Assembly: GCA_030141605.1 (NCBI GenBank)
Contig: JAQGDQ010000025.1
Span: forward strand, 540,907 to 604,906
Length of the DNA stretch: 64,000 nt
Origin: Tubiluchus corallicola
Lineage: Eukaryota > Animalia > Priapulida
Reading direction: 5' to 3'
Notes under the pieces: model-generated
Told to the model about the DNA's origin: nothing
The model's database searches: none
Seen by the model: only the letters and a program-made list of their open reading frames with translations
Made by a program: the position numbers and the translations under genes
Shown here: one piece after another, positions 54,001 through 64,000 of the stretch
Layout of the letters: each line of letters opens with the position of its first letter
Position numbering within the stretch: position 1 is the stretch's first letter

Positions 54001-57000
54001 ATGGTAAAAATGGCAAAGTTTCAATACCGATTGCAGCAGTTCATATATCTTGTTTGAAAATAAGCGTTTTAATCGTACGAGGAGAAATTTTCGTATCTGT
54101 TTATACATTTGATGTGATTGTACCACAAGTACGAATAAAAACGATATATATACCGTATTTTCCCATGTATAAGAGACCCTTTTTTGCTCAGAATTTTCAC
54201 TTTAAAAATAGGGGGTCTCTTATACATGGGAGTAAGTGGATGCAAGATGCCGACTCCAATCTGACACCAACTGGCAAGGTAAGAAAGCCAACCCTTGGAG
54301 AAGTCTGCAGCTGGGTCCTCAAGGCATGGAATGGTGTAAAGCCAGAGGTCATTATTAAATCTTTCAAGAAGTGTGGCATCTCCAATGCCATGGACGACAC
54401 AGAGGACACTGCCATTTTTGAGCAGAGTGACTCCTCTGATGATGAACTGGCTGGAATTGCTGAAGGTCTGACTCCAGTTGATATTTTTGATGAGAGTGAT
54501 GAGGAATTTAATGATTTCTATGATGAATAAAGTTATTCATTACCAAAAAACTTTTTTCCAGAATTTTTGCCTAAAAATTGAAGGGGTCTCTTATACACAA
54601 GGGTCTCTTATACATGGGAAAATACGGTACATTAAGCTTAGGCAGGAATATTTTCAATGGCCAGACCAGCAGTTTAGAATTTCGCCTGGCAATTATTCTA
54701 GTAGTAAAATTTGGCATAAAAAATTAAATCATCTATCAATCTTAATCGTGAAGAGGAAGTGAAGAGCATGAATTCTTATCATTTTAGCCATTTTTGATGT
54801 TTTTTATCACGAACGAGCCCACAATTAATCCATCAATAATGTTTTCGAAAACGCAATGATTTGAGCGGAATGTTAATGAGGCAAGTTTCTTTATCGCAGC
54901 AGAAGAAAAAAGTTGTTTAAGCATTACTAAAATAAGCAAGATAACGTGATTAAACCCAAAAGCAGTGAGCACCCATTACAAACAAAATATATGTTTTCCA
55001 TGTAAATGTTTGTAGCTTGCAGTTCTTGATGTAACTGCTTGTGGTTTGTAAGATGATAAGCATCTACAAGACTGACAGACATTCTCGCTTTTGATCCATC
55101 TTAAATGCACAGGTTTCATACATTCCCCTTGTAGTGATTTCAGAACTTACTCGGGTCGTGATACTGCATTAGATTTCCAGCACTGGCTATGTAACGCTGA
55201 ACGGCAAATGGCGAACTTGCTGACGATACTACTGTTAAGTAGAAATAGAACTAGTTTAGATTCGGCAGTGAGAACAAAACGCATATCAAAAGGGAAAGCA
55301 TAAAGTTAATGTAATTAGCAAGACAGGCACAACATCCCACTTTGCAGGCAAAAATGCAATATTCTTGCAACAAGAAACAAGCGCAAGACAGAACAATAAA
55401 TGTATTTCTGACAGACAAGTTGCTACTCTTAACGACAAGATTTTATGCTGTTTTACTGCAACTATTCAAGGTATTCAAAAACTTCTGCATAACCAGGTTT
55501 AAGACCACAATTCTCGTATTTTGCAGCTGTCACGGAAGTCTTCTCTCAAACTTTAGCATGATTCACGAAGCTGGACTCAGTCCAAAGCTATACTTTACCC
55601 TAACAAAGGAACTGTCCTCACATTCACTTTATAGTGCTTAAGAACAGTTTCCAGTAAATCTATAAACAGTGATTCAGCTTGAAGGCAAGTACGAAAAGTA
55701 AACTGCTAAATTGTTTAAATCGAAAGTAACTTTCACATTGCCTTTAACTTACACTTACAACTCCATGATTCGCCTAGCACATCCATTACTAGTGGCTTTG
55801 CATGTGTGTGTCAGTATTAAAACAAATTACTGTCAGAAGCACATTTATTCCTACTATAACAGTTTCATGCAATACAGAAACTACAACAGCATGTCTGCAA
55901 AAAATATCACTCATAGATATCTCTACTGGGAAGTGAACCTAGCAAGTGTGAACTGTTTTGCGAGTTACTGTCGGCAAGAAATTGAGAACTCTCTGGCACT
56001 AACTGAACACACTTGCGAGTTACTTCTCGAGCTAACATGGAGAGAAACCTCGTTAGTCTGAATGCATCATAAGTGTTAACAATGACAAAACATTTGCAAA
56101 TTTCCAAGACCCGATTTAGTGGAACTAATTGCTAAACCAATTTCTTTATGAATTCTTAATAGCATTAGCATAGGATCAACATACGGATAACCAGATTTTT
56201 TCAGATCTGAGCAAATACTCGAGAATAACTTAAAAATAGCCGATTTCACTGCATTTCCTGTCCATGGAGACAATTTCTGTATTTGCTTACAGAGCCGGGA
56301 GGGCTCACTTCCAACCTGAGTCATCTAGTGAGTGTTTTTGGTAGATTCCCATCAGTAAAATGTCAACAGCATGCGAAAACTTATGTTAAAGCCACTTTTT
56401 CCAAACTGCACACTTCATAATGCCTAAATTTATACAGAAAAAATGTCTTTTGTGTAAGAAAAAATTAAAGTTTAAGACTGAACCCACCAACTGCGGCGGC
56501 ATTAGGATCTAACGTCTGATACTCTAAAAGAGTTGGTGCTGCCGCCGTCAAGACTGGGTACTCCACTGGATGGTACATGAGCCCCGTTGCTGGATCAGCC
56601 GGAGATACTAGCGGTGGCGGTGCTGCCATTCCCTGAGACAGGTAGGCAGCAGCAGCAGCAGCAGCAGAGGGTGTCGATCCCGGTATTGTAGGCATTCTAG
56701 GTGGAAGAATGAGAGGTGCGCCTGCGGCTGTGGGTGATCGCATGACAGGTGAGGTTAGAGCAAGCGTTCCTGGTTGTCCAAGCAGTCTCTGAGCTTCTGT
56801 ATAAAAATATATACAAAACATGATCAGCAATAACAAGTAGTACACAATCGTAACAGTAACACTCATGACCAGATGGTGTGGTCTAGTCGTAACGCATCCT
56901 CTTGCCATTTGGGAGGTCGTGAGTTCAATACAGCAGCCGGGCCATATCAAAGACTTTAAAAATGGTGCCTGCTGTTGCCCTGCCTGGTGCGTGGTATTTA

Positions 57001-58826
57001 GGGTAAAAATGGGGTAATAATAGTCTCTATTACGTGGGTGTAGATTGTTATTTACAGTCGGCCCAAAAGCTCTTTGGAGCTTATGTTAATTGTTGATGCA
57101 AAAAGCCGATTTTAAATAATGATTATTATTATATTATTGTTACAATTAATTAGAACCTTTTAATTGTCTTCCTTAAATCTAGTCTTTACAGGAGTGCAAA
57201 TAGTGAGCAAATCACTTACAAACGGTTAAAACTGATGACAAATTACTAATGATGCCACCACACAGACATATTAAGCCAAAAGAATGAAGAAATTATGAAA
57301 AATTCTGACAAAAAAACAGAACCAATGTGCATTTGGAGGTGACTCCTTGAAACAAAGTCAATGGCGCTATGTTTTCTTGCCAATGTTAGAGATATCACAT
57401 GATTTTTCTTAAACCAAAACAGAAAAGACAAATGCCCTGGGCTAATCCGTTCGGTTACTGATGTTCAAAAGACCGTCAGAACCCGCATTGGCTATTCTCA
57501 GCTTCTTATTTCACTGGCAGAAATAAGAATGTTATGGCATTTTATCCAATATTAAATTGGTAAAGGAGAATTTTTTGTACTGTTATGTTTGCACAAGTCA
57601 CTATCTAATATATCACAACTGTTTTCACAACGATGACAGTAATTAATTTCCTTTGTGTTAACACAATTCTGCTGAAATGAACGTAAAAACTCTTTCCAAG
57701 AAGCATTCAATTAGCTAGAAACATGAAAACGTTCTTGACTCAGTTACTAGACCACACGTTTTCTTTCGGTAATATTACCCAAACTATCTGTCCTTAAAAA
57801 ATTCCGCAAACACCAATGAATGGCATATAAACAAATGCCCTTCACATCTTAGTGCTAAAATAACAAGTGTTTCGATAATGATGGTGAAAATGTAATGTGT
57901 ACCAGACCCAGGAGTTTCACAGGTTACCAAAATGAGATCAAATTAGAGACACGCCGCTCTTAATTTCCATGTAAGCATAACAGGTCAATTCACTATGTCA
58001 ATATCTCAAAATTGTCATCTTTTTTATGTAGTTCTTTAAATTTACTACTGACAAACACTTGTCTGATATCAAACACGATACCACAGTTTACGTATCGTCC
58101 TGGAATTTTTCCCAGTGAATTTTTAAATTATGTATCACCAAAAAGAACTTTTAGACCGTCCATATGAATATCATTAATTACTCCAAGGTAGCATGTTTGG
58201 CTTACCATGCGAGAGGATGTGTGTTCAATTCTACTGTGAAACACACCTAAAAATTGAAAAATGCTGCCGCTGGTTTTTGACCAAGTAGATTAATCGAAGT
58301 AACAAGTGAGTAATAATAACGATTGTTAGAAAGTTACCACTGAGTCCGACTATAGTAAGGTGCATGCACCTTTTGGAATTCCTGACAAAGACCTTACATT
58401 GTGAACAGCTGAAAATCACAAATACACTTTGAAAGTTAAGCAACATCGAACCTGGTTAGCAAACAGACTGGCAAAACTGCTTCTAGATTCATTTAACATG
58501 CTGCTAATAGCTTTTTCACTCTTTGAGTGCAATAAACTAATGTGCAGATAAGAAACTTTTGCTGGCCCAGCGCCTCATCCTTGCAGCTCATGCTGATAAT
58601 AGGCTAGATTCCGGTCACACCATGTACCCTCAACATTAGCAGTAGGCCCTATGACAGAGTGCTGGATTCAAGCTTGCAGTATGTCAAAATGAATAATGTA
58701 AAAAATTAGTTATTTGACGAAAAACTTACGTTGTTGTTGCAGTGCTTTAGCACCGTCTCTATATGTGCCATTCATAATTGCGAGTTCCATTAGCTGACTT
58801 TTCTTCAAGTCGTCCTCACCGTCAGC
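51067..58826 (-). CDS. QKI: Quaking / held out wings STAR-family KH RNA-binding protein, last three coding exons (5'-partial)
   Basis: Exon 58826-58730 encodes the QUA2 motif ADGEDDLKKSQLMELAIMNGTYRD. Exon 56796-56488 is Pro/Ala/Tyr-rich (GAPLILPPR...YHPVEY). Exon 51146-51067 gives GAIVKQRRHIAGMRDHPYQRGPVSLS*, the QKI-5/How(L)-type HPYQR NLS tail. Phases are consistent. KH-domain exons lie beyond the window or were not found. Confidence 0.9.
51169..51193 (-). promoter_or_regulatory. Consensus branch point TACTAAC that is also a bipartite quaking response element
   Basis: Plus-strand gttagta at 51169-51175 reads TACTAAC on minus, about 23 nt before the AG at 51148-51147. A TAAT half-site lies at 51193-51190. 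Confidence 0.6.
54153..54627 (+). mobile_element. Internally deleted pogo-family transposon with a transposase C-terminal fragment
   Basis: Perfect TIRs ccgtattttcccatgtataagagaccc / gggtctcttatacatgggaaaatacgg with TA TSD. The interior encodes LTPTGKVRKPTLGEVCSWVLKAW...IIKSFKKCGISNAMDDTED, typical of the POGK-like/DDE_1 transposase tail. Confidence 0.9.
56867..57135 (+). mobile_element. tRNA-derived SINE, copy 2 (central domain resembles the MetaSINE domain as recalled)
   Basis: tggtgtggtctagtcg ... gagttcaat ... atcaaagactttaaaaatggtgcctgctg ... (att)n tail. Confidence 0.75.
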
Positions 58827-61374
58827 CTAAAAACACGTGAAAAAATCGTTTAACCCATTTAACATAAGCTTGAACACAAACGTGGATATGTGCACTCCAG
58901 TCTGCAAAACAAAACGGTTGTAGCATAAACAGAAGATTGCAACACACACAAGTTCCCAAAGAACAAATCTATTTTATACCTTCATTTTTATATAGTTATT
59001 ATCCACCTTTCTTACAACAAAATGCTGCCAGTTACAAGTCCACAACAAACTGTTACAGAAATATCATCAAGTACATTGTTAACAGTTGTAATTGGGCCCT
59101 CAGTACAGTTTTTTAAAGCGAAAAGAAAAAATAATACATCTATAAAGATTACTTTTCATTTTGTTTTTAGCAATAAGGAGCCGCCAGTCATTGAATGCTA
59201 ATGTAACAATTTTAATAATCGTATTTCTGTAATTTCAATAACTTGATGAAGTCTACTATTAGTTTACAAAGAAACATTGTTTTTCAAGTAACAAAAGGTT
59301 AAAAGTTTAGTATGTGGTTGGCCGTTATATTGTTAAACATCAGAATTTCAGTTTTAATTTAAAATGATACGTCTACAATTTTTTCCATTAAAATACTATA
59401 GCAATGCACTTGTTGTCATGGTGATTTATACTCATTTTCTACTTTTGTTTGTTTGATTAACCGTTTTTCTATGTTGTGCATGCTTCTTTGTTGTGATCAT
59501 TTATGTTGTCCACAATTCTTTAATTGAGTTACTTGCTGTCCTTTTTATTTACTTGCTTGTTTACTCGTTTTGACAATACAAGCGCCAACAACAACAGTGT
59601 AAGTGACAGACAATAGTTCAACTTTCGCTGCAAGTTCCTTTCATCAGGACTTATTATGATATATAGTTGATGTTTTGATTCTTGAATACAGTTGCAATGT
59701 TTGTATTAGTAATTTGGACTCACACCTCAGGTTGTTTTTACTAGGTTGTTCACCAAATCAGGAGAAATACTTGTTTTTTCCTCCATTTATTCACCCACCT
59801 ATCCAAGTTTTCTGGGCACTGGAAATTATTTACCTAAGTAGATAAGCAATTTTTACGCCAATCGCTTCTCCAATCACGCATTCTGGAGACGTTCAAAGGC
59901 AAGAACTTCTCAAAACTGGACACAAAACCTGCACAGCCCTCGGCTAGGTGAAGTGCTTTCTAATTTAGCTTGAGCTGAACATGGTAAATTACAGCGCTTG
60001 GATTAATCCAATGCGTCTCTAGATAAGTTATGTGGGTTAAGGTTGGTCAACTTTCCTCAAGACAACTTAACCGAACACTGTTTAGTCGGAAAGTAATTAT
60101 AGTGTTAGCTGTGGTTTTCTGTTCAAAACTTGCTGCAGGCCGCAGCTTGCGGTAACTATTATAGCAGTTTTGTAGTAATCTCCTTTGTAAATAATGCCAC
60201 CACTGTTGCAGACACATTTATTTATACACAAGGAAAAAGTTATCATCATAAAAAATATGTGACAGTTATTTGCATACTGCATTTGGATAAAATCAGTATT
60301 ATAAAACTCTGCAACAGAATGCATCACGATTTCTACAATTATTGGATGTATTTATCACGCGTGGTACTATAACATGGCATCGATACATCTTCGAATTACG
60401 TAAGCATCGCGAAAAAAAGCGTTTTGTAAACATTACTTCAGCGAAAAGCATTCGTAGTTCAGCTTAGCTCAATTATGAAGCTGCAAAATTTTAATAATTT
60501 TTCAGTGTTGTGTCCAAATCCCAAATCTTCACCCTCTTTGTAACCGTCTCAAAGATTTGCAGGAAAAAATGTTTTCATCGTTTTCAAATACGTACATGTA
60601 TATAATAATCACAAGCGGCTGTTGGACGGACAGTTGTGCTTTCTTTTTATAGAGCATTATACAAGTCTTAACTAACGCGCAACGAAATCTCCTGGCAATC
60701 ATAAATTAAGTCTTGATTTAGTTAACATCACATCTGAACTGACGTCTAGCCCCAGGCTGATAAGTTTCGTATGTATAGTTGCTCTACTGGTTTTGATCTA
60801 CCAGATATCTCATTTGTACCGAGGAATTGTAGACGTAAAATGACCGAAGAACATAATCACTATAATACTGTGTGTTTGTTGGGAACATAATCAGTTCAAA
60901 TTACATAGTTTAAAGTTTACAAGACGAGCAAGATTGATATTAAAACGATATGAATTTCCCCAATTTTTTTCATAATTGGGAAACTCACATAGGACTGTTC
61001 AATCTCCCGCTATACTACTGCACGTATGCTGCAACTATACACTTTTATACAAGAAACGTATTTTTGTCTTTTTTGAATGGCATCTAAGTTGCCACAAACA
61101 TTTCTATTGAAATGAAAAAACAAAAGCTCATATATAAACAACAGTTTCTGTAATTACTCTCCCTGCAGGTTTCACTTGACTTTCATTTTTAAGTTAATAT
61201 TCAGCAGAAAACAGTAAGCTAAGTTTACAAATGTGCAACAAACTTGGCTTTGGTACCATGTTATGCGATATGTGTTTCTTGCAATTTCTCTATTATGTAT
61301 TAGAAAAAAATCAGTACCACATATAAATTTTTCGGAGCCAATGACGAGAGATCCTTAGAACACCTTCCAAGGTT

Positions 61375-61408
<34 letters not shown>

Positions 61409-64000
61409 CGTGCGTGCGTGCCTGTGTGTACGTACGTATGCTTGTTTGTTCACTCATTCGATCATTTGTTCATTCGTTGTTTGTCTGTTTACATGCTTAT
61501 TTGTCTGTTTGTTTGTGGTTGGTTGGTTGAATGCCTATTTTTTCTGTTTGTTGCTAGGTTGATGGTTTGACCGGCTGTTGGCCAGTTATCTGCTTCTACT
61601 GCATGTCTGTCTGTCTATCTGTTAAACTGTTTATTACACAGTATAAACAGAATACAAACAAACTTGAGTGGGACACTATACAAAATTGTTAACATTATTT
61701 TAAAGAGCCTAGCTCATTAAGTTTCATCAATCTCGTCAATAGATGGTGTTACATACATTTGTATGTGAAACCATATGAAGATGCAACACTAGCATCATGG
61801 CCCTCGTCATCTACAAGAAACATGAACAAAACTAAAGAAACCGTAGGAAAAGCGCCATCCAAAATTAAGGTTAGATACACAGCAAAGAAGTAACAAGTTT
61901 CACAAGTTTCTCATAAACTAATGGAAACGCTGGAACTTGGAAGAATAATTATCACCAAATCTTGGGCATCTAAACTCTCTGCATTCACATCAGCACCACT
62001 CTGGTTTTCAAAACTCAGAGAATACAATTTTGACACAATCACTGCAGCAATATGCTTCCAAAGAGGTCAAGTGGTGATCGAAAATTTAATGCGAAAGGAG
62101 ACTAATCAAATTTAACCGGCCGTTTCTTGACCTGCGTTCTTTTTTTCAGAGATACTTCAAATCGCTCTTTGCTTACTATTGGGATGTCATCGAAAATGCT
62201 ATTATTTAGGGCCCATTAAGTCATCATAGCGATTTCATCAAGTAATAATAAATTTAGCAATGAAAGAATGGAAGCACGTATGCTGTGCTTGGATCCGGCA
62301 TACGTCATGCAAAGCGTTATACATGTAAATCTTCGATACTTCTGATACGGTTAATTGATCCATTTAACGGGTGTCATTCATTAGTTTAATCGGGCATATT
62401 TGAGGACCGTTTTAGGAAAGTGAAAACTCGTGGTCCGTGACCGTCTGTGCAATGGTCGGTATAGTACCTTCATGCAAAATTTCAGCCTCCTATACGATGA
62501 AAACAATGGCCAGTGTAGCTTTCAAAGATAATATGGCAACAACAGCAACAACAAGAACTACGGATCTCGCACTTTGTTCCGGATTCAAAAAATGCTTAAT
62601 GGTTTCACAATTCATTCCGTCAAGTATTTGAACCTTATCAGCATTATGACGTGCTGTATCAACTCAGCAAAAAAGAATCGACTACCAAGGAATTTACATT
62701 TTTATAACCCCTTACGAGTACTGAAAAAACAGTACCTAGAATGCAAAGATTAATCTGGAACGTAGCATGTGTGAAACGCAAGACGTTGCACAACGGAAAC
62801 TGATGGCGCACGTGTTTTTGACTATCACTTACAAACTGCAATGTAAATTGAGGTCTAAAAAGTTAAAGGGCACGGCTATAATAGACTATAAAACGTAAAT
62901 TGGGTAGGCTGGGTTTCTACATAGATGCTTGGTTCGGTTTCCTCGCGTGGGACACAATTCGGCTCTCGTTACACGAGCAGGAGATGCCAGAGATCGTCTC
63001 TTTCAGCAGACAGCACGAGGTATCTGGCTCTATTTAAGACTGAAGATTGAAGTCAACACGTACTACACGATAGGAATATACGATGGTTAATATATTGCTT
63101 TATGTGGATCATTAATAAATCATAGATGCAACTCCGTACAGATTATAGACACCCTGCAAAATAGCTAGTACACACGGTACGAGACAAGTGCTGAACGACT
63201 TGCCTGGAGTATGAAATTTTACAAGGTCGTCCAAAAAAATATTCCCCCAAACTAACTCTACTCGTTGCCCTTCATCCTGGTAGAAGCATCTGCAAAAGAG
63301 GCCCACATCATCATGCAGACCAATTTCTCTACTTATATTAGCATAATTTACCTCCAAAAGCCCACCAGGCGCCGCTAAGATGTTTTTTTGTACACGGTGT
63401 TCTGCAACGAGCAAGAAATGGCCACTTCTGGATGTTTTCAACCGGCATTCCTAGAAAAATGTCCGCACGGCACCTGATGAAGGAAAACTTATACATTCAT
63501 TGGAAAGAGGAGAAACCGGGGTACCAGGAAAATGTACTCAATCTCAATAACTTGAGTAACTTGGATTAAGTGGGCGATCATACTGAGTCTCTGAGTAAAT
63601 TTGAGAGGTAAAATCTACCGGCTTTCCTCACCAACTAAACTAACTCAATCAACTGCAACCAAAAGTCAGAAACTCACAAGTTTAAAGTTTAGACAAAAAA
63701 TTCCGAATTATGAAACCACGCAGCCGAAAATTGAAATCGCCCTGAGCGTGCAATACAGCTTCAGGTTCATGGTTTACCAGACTGAGAGCTATGAAGTAGA
63801 ACAGACAGTAATGTAAATTCAGATAAATTCGTCTACATTATCCAAGACATCCTGTACAAGCAATGCCACACATCTGAGTAACAGATGCGGATGCTAGGAG
63901 AGCTCTCCTTAACGCTTAGATAAAGGAGTTTTGCGTCTTCATAACCAAGTAATCATGGCAAAGCTGCAAGGAGGCTGAGTGCCATAAATTGCGTTCAACC

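Noticed and set aside
53862-54530. 222-aa ORF as a host gene
   Set aside because: It starts at a non-ATG codon in the flank. Only its last part is coding-like, and that part belongs to the pogo element.
61921-63630. ORFs at 61921 and 63112 and a V-SINE-like ggagaaaccggggtacc motif
   Set aside because: They show only faint resemblance to retroelement remnants and are too degraded to call without a search.

Overview
AT-rich, intron-rich animal (invertebrate-like) genomic DNA. It is not prokaryotic: there are no operons, rRNA or CRISPR. Five protein-coding genes can be built by hand from GT-AG exons. (1) The 3' part of an SLF2/FAM178-family gene (+, 291-16117). (2) A complete 7-exon fem-1 homolog (-, 19113-25598). 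(3) A PARG whose 726-aa CDS is intronless (+, 28517-30697), head-to-head with fem-1. (4) A 3-exon flavodoxin-like NADPH-dependent FMN reductase (-, 36684-40250). (5) The 3' part of a quaking/held-out-wings STAR RNA-binding gene (-, 51067-58826, continuing beyond the window). Introns and intergenic DNA hold many MITEs (pogo, mariner, hAT, piggyBac/Kolobok-like), tRNA-derived SINEs, LINE remnants and tandem repeats. The most interesting candidate system is at the 3' end of quaking/how. It has a read-through short isoform, two tandem microexons (16 and 14 nt) that would remove the NLS, a branch point that doubles as a quaking response element, and further ACUAAY sites, some supplied by a MITE. 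All gene models and family calls come from manual reading and recalled motifs; no database searches were run.
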